64,000 nucleotides of DNA from Candidatus Riflebacteria bacterium HGW-Riflebacteria-1 (GCA_002839445.1 PGYB01000001.1:282735-346734); one strand, 5' to 3'. Counted from the first letter of the stretch, positions 46,672-55,452 are shown. Translations and numbers: made by a program. Notes: generated by a model from the letters alone, not told the origin.

Positions 46672-49600
46672 ATGAATTACCGATTTTCGCTAGTGGTTCT
46701 ACTAATTTTCGCAACAGCAGCTGCTCTGTTGGGTGCCAGCCAACAGGAAATCACACAGATGCAGATGCGCAACAATATACCTGCGCAGATGCAAACACAG
46801 AGCGCAAACACTGATTATAACAGCGTGCCGGCGGCCACAATTAATTCAACGAATGCCTCAGAAAACCCGGATTTTGTGCAGAGCCAGACAAAAGCAGCAA
46901 CGACCAGCATAAAAACGGTTAAGACGCTGGTTCCCTATGAAGACCTTTACAAGGTGCTCCAGCAGGATATTGGCAAGTATTTTATTTTGCCGATAGAAGA
47001 GTTCGAAAAGCTCAAATCGGCAAAAGAAGCCTGGCTGGCCTCAGCGAGCAAACCAGTTACTGCGCCGCCACCGTTGTCTTACCAGATCAATTCAGCATCA
47101 ATAGACGGTCAGATTGAAGAAAATTTTGCGCGCCTGAACGTAACTTTCAAGCTCGAAACTTTTACCGACGCCTGGCATGAAATTCCTCTTCTCTGGGGCA
47201 GTCTCGCCGTTTCAGCGGTCAGACTGAATGATGCGCTCACTACTCTCAAGACCAGCTGGATCGACACCAACACACGTCAGGTGCAGTTTGGCAAGATCAG
47301 CAAGCGCAGCAACATGATGAACATGTATCAGGCTGCTTCTGGCGGCAGCGACAGCCTGAGCCAGAATAACTGGAAAGACACTATGTTTTCTTTGCCGGTA
47401 TTTGGCAAGGGCACACACGAATGCCAGATTTCATTTGTTGTGCCGATTCAGAACATCGAAGACCTCTTTACCCTTCAGTTCAGCATGACGCGCATACCGC
47501 TCACCTTTATCGAGCTGCAGGCAAAGGATTTCATTCTTTCCATCGACAGCAGCAGCTTTAAGGATTTCACTGTCAGCGAGCAGCCGCAGGCAAAGGGCTG
47601 CACCTTCATTGGCTGGCTCGGCGCCAACAGCGACATCTCGATAAAATGGCGCAGAAGAGTTCTACGTGCAGCGATCATAGCAGATCCGGTCATTGAGCCA
47701 ACACCCGACATCGACGCACCCGTTTCAACTGAACCAGCACAGGTCAAGCCCGATCGCGTAACTGCACCCATCAAACCAATTATCTACGCACGTTCGCAAA
47801 CTCTGGTCACTCTAGGCGAGACCGCCATACATTCATACAAAATATTTGACTTTAAAATCAGCAAGGCCCCGGTAACCCAGTTCTATTTCAGCATTCCTGC
47901 CGGGGTCGAAATAGTTTCGGTAACTGGCGACCGCCAGGTCAACCAGCGCATGTTGCTTGAACACGGCCAGAGAAGGCTGCAGGTAGAATTTCAGGCTGGC
48001 CGCGAAGATGCCTGCCAGATCACTATCGCTTATGAATCTCCGGTAAATATGACCAGCGCCACGATAGGTATTCCAGAGGTTACTCCACTGCAGATAGAGC
48101 GAGAACTTGGAACCATAGCGATTGAGGCACTTACCTCAATTGAAGTGCAACCCGGAAATGATGAAAAAGAGCCACTCAAAAAAGGCGTTTTCCCGATCGA
48201 CCCGCAAGAAGCTCCGGTGACAATCAAAGCACGCGCCACCATGCCCCTGCTGCTGGCTTATCGCCACAACACCAGCCCTACCGGCATAATGCTCGGAGTA
48301 AAGCGCTATCAGGATGTGCCGCAGCAGACAGTAGTTGCCGACAGTCTTGAGGTCAAAACGACATTTACCACCAACAAGACAAGCAACTCACTGATCAGCC
48401 TGAACATCCGCAACAACAACAAGCAGTATCTTCAGCTGCAGCTCGCTTCCGGGTCTGAGATCGTTTCGGCCTTCAGAGGCGGCCAGGCTGTAAAGCTGGT
48501 TGCCGGCAGAAACGACGGCAAAGTGCAGATTCCGCTTGAAATGAGCCAGGTAGTGGGCGAAACGGTTCAGCAGAACCTGCAGATATTTTTAAAGAACCCG
48601 GTCAGCGAAGTCAAATGGCGCGGCGGCCTGGAATTCTCGCCGCCGTTGATCGACATACCGATTTCAAGATTCACCTGGTTTCTCTATGCACCAGAAGACT
48701 ACCATCTCTATGATTTTTCCGGCACGGTCAAAGACGCCAGAACGCGCAAAGACCCGTTTTTCTTCAGAGGTTTCATGCGCCTGCTTAAACTGGCGTGGGG
48801 AATCGTGACCAGCCCTGACGCAGTCTTTGGCATTGGCTTTTTTGTTTTTCTGGTATTGCTGATCGTGTCGAGAAAGCTGCTGTTCGCCATTCTCAAGGGC
48901 ATCTGGGAAATGATCTGCGCGATTTTCGGCATGCTGTTTTCCGGCAGAGGTTTCAGGCTGGGCGAACTCATGGTAGTCATCGCAGTAATCGCTGTTCTGG
49001 CGGCAATTGCCACGCCCAATTTCCGCAAAGCGCGCGAACAAGCGCGCGATAAGGCCTGCATGGCCAACATCAGGGTTCTAACCGGTGCCGTTGAAATGTA
49101 TAACATGGACAAAACACCGATGATGACTAATCTAAACATGGAACTCCTGATAAAGAACCATTTTCTCAAGAGCCCAATCATTGGAGCAGAAAAGGACTGT
49201 CGCTATGTAGCGAGCGGTAATCTGAACGAAGACGGCCAGATATACTGCCAGCTGCATGGAAACCTGGAAGGACAAAGACCTTCTGAAACAAAAGCAAGAA
49301 CGATGGCAAGTGCTGATTATGGTGCCAAGTCAATGCTGTCAAAGAGTGATGTCGCAATGGAACAGCAGGCAATGTCAGGCAGATCTGCCGACGCACCGGC
49401 AGTCGGGCAGAAACCCGGCTTTGGTGCCGCCAGAACCCATGGCATGCTGCCAATCAACACCAAATTTGTCATGACGAGAAACTACTATATGCTTGAGCGC
49501 GATCTGGTTATCTGCGACGTGGCCAGCAATGGCGCACTGATCGCCAATTCAACCAGCCCGACAGTAAGAGTCAGTTATCTGCACAATTCTGTAGTGCGCT

Positions 49601-52308
49601 CGGCCGAAGTTATTGCCTTTGTAATAGCCTTGTTCAGCGGTCTCTACTTTGTTTCTGGGGCATTCTACAAATATTCTGCCAAAATCACTTTTGCCGGTCT
49701 GATAATCGTTCTGCTCTCAATCGTAGACTTCAAGATCGGATCAGTCGGAGACAGCGCGAATACCGGCCTCTGGTTAGCACTTGGCGGCGCGTTCATCTGG
49801 AAATTCTTCTGGATACTCAGTAAGCTCAATCTGTTCAAGAGTGATGGCAGCGACCAGATACCACCTTCGATTCCACCTTCGACACCAGGAACGAGAAAAT
49901 TCAGTAATGGCGAAATGAACGCCGGCGATGTATTCGGCACCCGGCCTGGTGCTGGCTGCACCGGCATTAAAACACTGCTGCTGCTGCTTTTCATTCTGAC
50001 AGCGCTGGCGGTTTTGCCACTGGCGGCGCAGGAAACTCGTGAAGTCAGAATCATGGCGCCATTCAAGGATCTGTCAAGCATACTCCCGACAGGAGAACGT
50101 TCTGTAATCATACCAGAGAGCGACTACCGCTATCTGACCGACATCAAGGTTCCTGAAAAGCCTGAACAGTTTGCACCACAGAGTTATCAGTTCGGCTCAG
50201 TAATTTACCGTGGACACATTGAGGAGCGCGGCGTCAGGTTTGTTGCAGAATACCGATTGCAGCTCTTTAACAAAGAATGGAAAAAGATCGAACTGCTGTC
50301 ACCTGAGGTGATTCCATCAAAAGCGAGCATCAATGGGGCGGCGCTGGCGCTGACCCTCATGGAATCGCGAGGAATGGCGGCATACGGCTTTTTGACCGAT
50401 GCAACCGGCAGCGTTGACATCAGCGTAGAATTCTTCGTGCCAATGGATTCAAGCGAATTCCGGCACACCCATCGCTTTACCCTGCCGACACTTCCGGTGT
50501 GCATATCCACGCTGCATCTGACGGTTGACGAAAAAGACTGCGAGGCCTGGATCGACCCGGGAGTTCTCGGCAAAGCAGAGCGTGTGGACAACAAGTCGAT
50601 TTTCAAAGCTATTCTTCCACCAACGGCGGCGGTAAAGGTAGAGATTTACCGGACAACGGCACAGGCGGTTGCTGTAGAAACAACAGAACCTGAAGAAGTT
50701 GAGCCAGACAAGCCGGTGGTAATTGAAGAAAAGACCAGGATCAGCGTCTATCAGCTTGCCATGCTCTACTTCAGAGAAGGATTTGTCAGCGGCACGCATG
50801 TATTCGACATAGACATCAAGGGCGGCAGCGGAATTTCGAGCCTGAGCTTCATTCTGCCCGACCGCATCAGAATACAGAAGATTGACAACCGTCTCATCGA
50901 CGACTGGAAAATCAACGAAGACAGTCAACCACGCAGACTGGAAGTAGTTTTCAAGTCGCAGATCAGGGGCAAAACCCAGCTGACTATCGAATATGAAGAT
51001 GACATGCAGAATCTGAAAGACGAAAGTTATAAATTTGGCGAAATACACGTTGCCCATGCTGAGCGTTCTTCTGGAATAATCGGGATTGGCTGCCTGCAGA
51101 CTCTTGAAATTCTTGCCAATGAAACGCCGCAGGGCTTTGATACGCTTAACCCGGCCGAGTTTCTCAACAATTGGAAGCTCGAGCGCCCCGAAAAGACGCC
51201 TTACGCATTCAGATTTGTCAGGTATCCCGACGGCGTTGCCGAGGTTGGGGCTCCGGATCCGACCGTTCCCGTCAACTATTCAACTGCGGTCGCGACGAAC
51301 AGGTTGACCCTTACTATAACCCGCCCTGAAGATATCAGCGTGCAGACAGCAACGATTGATCGCGCAGAAGCGATGACCCTGCTCAATGAAGACGGTTACA
51401 TGATCACCAGGGTTGTTTATGAGGTTCGCAACCATTCACAGCAGTTTCTCAAGGTTCGCCTGCCGAAACTCGAGAGTTACGAGACCGAACTCTGGAGCAC
51501 CCAGGTCGCTGGTCTGGCGGTTCGCGCCGGCTTTGACAAAGAGAACGGTGTTTACAATCTGCCGATAATCAGTTCTCAGTCTGAGAGGGGCGAGTCAAGG
51601 GCGTTTCCGGTCGAACTGGTTTTCACAATACGCACCGGCAAATCGCTGCAGGCATTCAACCCGATAAAAATGGAACTGCCGGCAGCACACCTGCCGATCA
51701 GCGAATTGAGCTGGGTTCTTTATCTGCCGGAAGGTTATGAGCTGATGCGTGAAGTCGGCAATCTCGACCGCTCAGTAAAAGTATCTGACCTCAAGTTTCT
51801 CGACAAGCCCGATTACTTTTCGAGCGTATCAAGTGCGGTTAACATGCAGATGCGCCAGAAGGGCAATTATCAGCAGACACAGCAACAGACGCAGAGTTCA
51901 TCAGAAAAGAATTTTGGCATGGCCGGCATGCTTCCGGTCAAGTTCAATATCCCGAAAACCCAGTGGGCGACGCACTTCACCATGTTGCAGATCGAACCAG
52001 ACAGCAGACCACCGTTCATAGACGGCATGCTGGTCAACCCGCGCAAGGGCAAGGGTTTTGCCTTTCAGATACTGATGATTCTCGCCGGCATGCTGGCAGC
52101 GTTTGGACTGGTGCGTCTGGCTATAACGCGGCGCTACGGCTGGTTTATCCTGCTGGCTGTGCTTGGCATCATTCTTACTCTGGCGATCTACCTCAAGCTG
52201 TATCAGGCCGACCATTTCTTCCAGATGGGACTGTCGGCGGCACTGATCACCTGGCTGCTGTTCAGGTTCTTCGCCTGGCACCCGTCAGAAGAACAGAAGG
52301 GAGCCTGA
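46672..52308 (+). CDS. giant 1878-aa multi-module protein: secreted module A, internal prepilin-type domain, polytopic linker, paralogous module C
   Basis: Uninterrupted 5637-nt ORF. Layout: N-terminal signal peptide, ~740-aa module, TM, canonical prepilin segment (aa ~754-870), four predicted TMs, a second signal-like segment (aa ~1082), a second ~750-aa module, three C-terminal TMs. Confidence 0.6.
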   Translation: MNYRFSLVVLLIFATAAALLGASQQEITQMQMRNNIPAQMQTQSANTDYNSVPAATINSTNASENPDFVQSQTKAATTSIKTVKTLVPYEDLYKVLQQDIGKYFILPIEEFEKLKSAKEAWLASASKPVTAPPPLSYQINSASIDGQIEENFARLNVTFKLETFTDAWHEIPLLWGSLAVSAVRLNDALTTLKTSWIDTNTRQVQFGKISKRSNMMNMYQAASGGSDSLSQNNWKDTMFSLPVFGKGTHECQISFVVPIQNIEDLFTLQFSMTRIPLTFIELQAKDFILSIDSSSFKDFTVSEQPQAKGCTFIGWLGANSDISIKWRRRVLRAAIIADPVIEPTPDIDAPVSTEPAQVKPDRVTAPIKPIIYARSQTLVTLGETAIHSYKIFDFKISKAPVTQFYFSIPAGVEIVSVTGDRQVNQRMLLEHGQRRLQVEFQAGREDACQITIAYESPVNMTSATIGIPEVTPLQIERELGTIAIEALTSIEVQPGNDEKEPLKKGVFPIDPQEAPVTIKARATMPLLLAYRHNTSPTGIMLGVKRYQDVPQQTVVADSLEVKTTFTTNKTSNSLISLNIRNNNKQYLQLQLASGSEIVSAFRGGQAVKLVAGRNDGKVQIPLEMSQVVGETVQQNLQIFLKNPVSEVKWRGGLEFSPPLIDIPISRFTWFLYAPEDYHLYDFSGTVKDARTRKDPFFFRGFMRLLKLAWGIVTSPDAVFGIGFFVFLVLLIVSRKLLFAILKGIWEMICAIFGMLFSGRGFRLGELMVVIAVIAVLAAIATPNFRKAREQARDKACMANIRVLTGAVEMYNMDKTPMMTNLNMELLIKNHFLKSPIIGAEKDCRYVASGNLNEDGQIYCQLHGNLEGQRPSETKARTMASADYGAKSMLSKSDVAMEQQAMSGRSADAPAVGQKPGFGAARTHGMLPINTKFVMTRNYYMLERDLVICDVASNGALIANSTSPTVRVSYLHNSVVRSAEVIAFVIALFSGLYFVSGAFYKYSAKITFAGLIIVLLSIVDFKIGSVGDSANTGLWLALGGAFIWKFFWILSKLNLFKSDGSDQIPPSIPPSTPGTRKFSNGEMNAGDVFGTRPGAGCTGIKTLLLLLFILTALAVLPLAAQETREVRIMAPFKDLSSILPTGERSVIIPESDYRYLTDIKVPEKPEQFAPQSYQFGSVIYRGHIEERGVRFVAEYRLQLFNKEWKKIELLSPEVIPSKASINGAALALTLMESRGMAAYGFLTDATGSVDISVEFFVPMDSSEFRHTHRFTLPTLPVCISTLHLTVDEKDCEAWIDPGVLGKAERVDNKSIFKAILPPTAAVKVEIYRTTAQAVAVETTEPEEVEPDKPVVIEEKTRISVYQLAMLYFREGFVSGTHVFDIDIKGGSGISSLSFILPDRIRIQKIDNRLIDDWKINEDSQPRRLEVVFKSQIRGKTQLTIEYEDDMQNLKDESYKFGEIHVAHAERSSGIIGIGCLQTLEILANETPQGFDTLNPAEFLNNWKLERPEKTPYAFRFVRYPDGVAEVGAPDPTVPVNYSTAVATNRLTLTITRPEDISVQTATIDRAEAMTLLNEDGYMITRVVYEVRNHSQQFLKVRLPKLESYETELWSTQVAGLAVRAGFDKENGVYNLPIISSQSERGESRAFPVELVFTIRTGKSLQAFNPIKMELPAAHLPISELSWVLYLPEGYELMREVGNLDRSVKVSDLKFLDKPDYFSSVSSAVNMQMRQKGNYQQTQQQTQSSSEKNFGMAGMLPVKFNIPKTQWATHFTMLQIEPDSRPPFIDGMLVNPRKGKGFAFQILMILAGMLAAFGLVRLAITRRYGWFILLAVLGIILTLAIYLKLYQADHFFQMGLSAALITWLLFRFFAWHPSEEQKGA
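48931..49275 (+). other. embedded prepilin-type (GspG-like) domain with cryptic leader MLFSGRG|FRLGE
   Basis: In-frame ATG 48931. GFRLGELMVVIAVIAVLAAIATPNFRKAREQARDKACMANIRVLTGAVEMYNM is a paralog of the pilin at 24541-24906. G-1, F+1 and E+5 are intact. Confidence 0.6.
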
Positions 52309-52310
52309 CC

Positions 52311-53015
52311 TTGCTTATTGAAGACCCGACGACCGATGTAACGCCAAAAGGCCATGGCAATGAACTTAAGGGCGTACAGGGCATGATAATTCCCTTCATT
52401 CTGCTCGGTTTTGCGCTCTATTTCTGGAACTCTGCCCTGCTGCTGCCCATCAAGTATCTGACCGTGTTCTTTCATGAGCTTTCGCACGCACTGGCGTCGG
52501 TTTTAACCGGAGGCGAGGTTGTGCATATTGAAATTAACTCGAACCAGGGTGGCCTGGCGGTTACCCGGGGCGGCTGGCGTTTTATCGTTCTCAGCGCTGG
52601 CTATCTGGGCAGCCTGCTGTGGGGAAGCTTGATTCTGCTGGCGGCGGCGAAAACCCGTCATGACCAGCACATCACTGCCGGACTTGGCATTCTGCTGCTG
52701 CTGGTTACGGCAATATGGGTGCGCAATCTTGAGGGCGTCATCATCTGCGCGCTGACAGGGTTCGGGCTGCTCGGCATCGCGGCTTATTCCACAGAAAAGG
52801 TCTGCGACCAGTTCTTGAAGTTTCTCGGGCTGACATCATGCTTCTACGTGCTGTTTGACATCAAGAGCGATCTGATTGACCGCTCAATCAGTGTCTCTGA
52901 TGCATACAGAATCTCGGAAATGCTTCATGTGCCGGACTGGCTGGTGGGTGTTGTCTGGCTGGTAATTGCAGGTATAATAACCTGGAAAGTTCTTTACTGG
53001 AGTCTTGAAGAATAA
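52311..53015 (+). CDS. M50B-like HExxH polytopic membrane metallopeptidase
   Basis: TTG start 3 nt after the giant ORF's stop, AAGGGAG RBS. FFHELSHAL within the first TM region, about six TMs. The track ORF begins earlier at 51963, inside the giant gene. Confidence 0.5.
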   Translation: MLIEDPTTDVTPKGHGNELKGVQGMIIPFILLGFALYFWNSALLLPIKYLTVFFHELSHALASVLTGGEVVHIEINSNQGGLAVTRGGWRFIVLSAGYLGSLLWGSLILLAAAKTRHDQHITAGLGILLLLVTAIWVRNLEGVIICALTGFGLLGIAAYSTEKVCDQFLKFLGLTSCFYVLFDIKSDLIDRSISVSDAYRISEMLHVPDWLVGVVWLVIAGIITWKVLYWSLEE

Positions 53016-53030
53016 AACAAGGGGATTGCT

Positions 53031-54650
53031 ATGAGTCTGAATCTCGAACAACTGCTGATGCTACGCGACCTGCACATGAGCCTGGACGACCTGATCGAAG
53101 AACTGCAACTGCATCATGCCAACCTTGAAGCCGCGCTGGGCAAGATATATTTGTTTCTTAACCAGAAACTGAAAGTAGAAACCTTCTATGTAGAGACAGA
53201 AGACGAGAGCCTTAACCACCGCGTGTTCTGCTTTGGCCGCGGTAACGACGATATAAAGCGCAAAACGCCGCAGCTTCTTAAAATAGACCGCGCTTCGACT
53301 TTCACGACCCCAGGCCTCTTCTGGGTCGTTCAACCCATCGAGATGGGCAAAACCATAATCGGTGCCATAGGAATGGCGTTTGAAACCGAGTCAGCCCCGA
53401 CAAAAGATATGGCACCTGAAATTCTCTACACCGTGAGCGAACTGCTCGATAACTTTTTCTTCAGCATTCATATTAATCGCCTTAAACACAGTCTGATCAT
53501 GGGTATACAGTCAGCGCTGAAAAGCCATTCGATTGCCGACTCAATCGACGGTGCAGTGTATGTATTGAAAAAAGAAATACCATTTCGCAAAATGATACTG
53601 CTCTATTCAGACCATGAATTGACCGGTGTCAGCAAGATAAACTATCTGGTTTACGAAGATTACGCGAGAGTTTATGATTCGGGCGAAACACGACATCCCG
53701 GTCTCGATGATTTTGTCAAAGACACTGATGGCTGCCTGAGTGCCAATACCGACGAACTCAAAAAAGTGCTGGGCGACGACGATCTTATGGTTTCATACCT
53801 GCTTGACGGCCTTATCGATGAAGACCTGATCGGTAAAGTCATTTTTGTTCCTGAGAAGGGCGTGACTTTTTCGATTTTCTGCCGCGAGATTATTCAGGTG
53901 TTCACCGAAACTCTCAGACAACGCCTGGTCGACTTTAATCGCGAGCGCAACACTTTGCGCAAGTTCTTTTCTGACAAGGTTATTGCCCGACTGACTTCGG
54001 AGCCTGGCTACCACAAGCTTTATCTCGAGCCACGCGACACCGACATCGGCATTATTTTTGCGGACATATCTGGTTTTACCAAAATGAGCGAGCAGATACT
54101 GGTTACTCCCGAGCGCATAACCAAGTTTGTCGACACCTGGTCGAACGAGATCATCAAACGGGTGTTTCCGCTGGGTGCCTGCCTCGACAAACTGGTAGGT
54201 GACTGTATAATATTGCTGTTCGGGCCGCCGTTTTATTCTGGCACACCTGAAGAAATCGCGGAAAAGGTTATCAAGTCAGCAGAAATTATCATAGAAGTCA
54301 CTCGAACAGTTTTCATGATGCCGGAATATTCAGACATCAGAAAGCACCCGGACTACGCGAAGTTTGGCGTGGCGATTGGTGCGAATTACTGCCCGGCGGT
54401 AGTGGGTCTGATCGGGCCGAATGACGACCTGACTGCTTTCAGCTCAGGAATGAATATTACCGCGCGACTACAGGGACTGGCTAAGGCGGATCAGATACTG
54501 GTCACTGAACGGCTGCAGGAACTGATCAGGCCGATGAATATGTGGCAGCTGGTTGGACCGCAGGCAATGCCGGTCAAGAACGTTGAAAAGCCGCTGGTTT
54601 ATTATCATGTAACCAGTCTGGAGAAAGCCAATCAGGCAGGCCAGAAATAA
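53031..54650 (+). CDS. class III adenylate/guanylate cyclase with N-terminal sensory region
   Basis: IGIIFADISGFTKMSE...DKLVGDCIILLFGPP cyclase core. The ~320-aa N-terminal domain is unassigned. Confidence 0.75.
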   Translation: MSLNLEQLLMLRDLHMSLDDLIEELQLHHANLEAALGKIYLFLNQKLKVETFYVETEDESLNHRVFCFGRGNDDIKRKTPQLLKIDRASTFTTPGLFWVVQPIEMGKTIIGAIGMAFETESAPTKDMAPEILYTVSELLDNFFFSIHINRLKHSLIMGIQSALKSHSIADSIDGAVYVLKKEIPFRKMILLYSDHELTGVSKINYLVYEDYARVYDSGETRHPGLDDFVKDTDGCLSANTDELKKVLGDDDLMVSYLLDGLIDEDLIGKVIFVPEKGVTFSIFCREIIQVFTETLRQRLVDFNRERNTLRKFFSDKVIARLTSEPGYHKLYLEPRDTDIGIIFADISGFTKMSEQILVTPERITKFVDTWSNEIIKRVFPLGACLDKLVGDCIILLFGPPFYSGTPEEIAEKVIKSAEIIIEVTRTVFMMPEYSDIRKHPDYAKFGVAIGANYCPAVVGLIGPNDDLTAFSSGMNITARLQGLAKADQILVTERLQELIRPMNMWQLVGPQAMPVKNVEKPLVYYHVTSLEKANQAGQK

Positions 54651-54852
54651 CCGGGCAAAAAAGCGGTTCGCACGAAGTCACAAAGGCACGGAAATGCAGG
54701 ACAAGTCTGCGTATTAGCGGCTTTGTGCGGTCAGTCCGTATTTATAATGATACTATTCACAGAGAATTCGTTCACAGCGAAAAACTGGGTATCGGAGTTG
54801 TCTTTGTAATTGCCAGCAACGACGAGAACGATTATGGAAGGCTTAATTTGTC

Positions 54853-54937
54853 ATTCTGCACGCAGCAAGGTCGCAGAATCCATGACTTTACCGGCATTCT
54901 GGATCCTGCGACTCCGCGCAGGATGACGATTACGACG
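54853..54937. repeat. two tandem ~43-bp imperfect repeat units, each containing a hairpin
   Basis: Unit 1: cattctgc...gcagaat (7-bp stem, 54853-54879). Unit 2: atcctgcg-actccg-cgcaggat (8-bp stem, 54903-54924). Both units begin cattctg and end (c/g)atgac. Unit 2 runs into acgattacgacg. Confidence 0.5.
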
Positions 54938-55034
54938 TGCAGGATGTACTGGTGCGAGAACGAACGAAATAAGTAGAATTGGTATGATTTCGCAGATGTT
55001 GTGCCAGGGCTGAAAAATAAAGAAAGAAAAAATA

Positions 55035-55334
55035 GTGACTGCTAAAAAGACCGAAAAGGGCTGGTGGCTGTATATTATCGAGTGTGCCGACAACAGCCTG
55101 TACACCGGTATTACCAATGACATTGAGCAGCGCATGGCGAAGCACAACGAGGGAACAGCATCGCGTTATACCCGTGCCAGAACGCCAGTTCGACTGGTTT
55201 ATCGTGAGCCGCACCCGGATCGCTCAAGCGCGAGCCGACGCGAATTTGCAGTCAAGCGACTGACGCGCGATGAGAAGCTGGCGCTTATCAGCACTGAAAA
55301 CCATCTCTCTGCGCTTACCCGAAGAGATGATTAA
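55035..55334 (+). CDS. GIY-YIG nuclease family protein (YhbQ-like)
   Basis: GWWLYIIECADNSLYTGITNDIEQRMAKHN. Confidence 0.7.
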   Translation: MTAKKTEKGWWLYIIECADNSLYTGITNDIEQRMAKHNEGTASRYTRARTPVRLVYREPHPDRSSASRREFAVKRLTRDEKLALISTENHLSALTRRDD

Positions 55335-55452
55335 CGATTTAAAGATCCTTGCCAAGCAAAGGGATGTTCCTTGTCAATTCTTCATGAAAATCCTTCTGGC
55401 CGAAAAAATTCAAGAAATGAGAAGCAGGATTCACCAGGAGGCTCAAAAGTGA
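55270..55452 (+). CDS. possible orphan ribbon-helix-helix (BrnA/CopG-like) antitoxin-type ORF
   Basis: ISLRLPEEMINDLKILAKQRDVPCQFFMKILLAEKIQE resembles the RHH antitoxin pattern (…P.Q.lI…L.e.l). It overlaps the GIY-YIG 3' end in another frame. No toxin partner seen. Confidence 0.3.
   Translation: MRSWRLSALKTISLRLPEEMINDLKILAKQRDVPCQFFMKILLAEKIQEMRSRIHQEAQK

Noticed and set aside
46672-52308. Treating the giant ORF as three separate genes (module A, pseudopilin, module C)
   Set aside because: No in-frame stop exists anywhere in 5637 nt, and the junctions read through smoothly. Splitting would require internal initiation only. This is recorded as a possibility in the findings, not as the annotation.
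54851-54937. CRISPR-like array
   Set aside because: There are only two imperfect units with no regular spacers, and no cas genes anywhere in the window.
54725-54976. 83-aa ORF in the intergenic region after the cyclase gene
   Set aside because: It spans the two hairpin-containing repeat units, has no RBS or recognisable motif, and has a Cys/Arg-rich odd composition. It is probably non-coding structured DNA or RNA.
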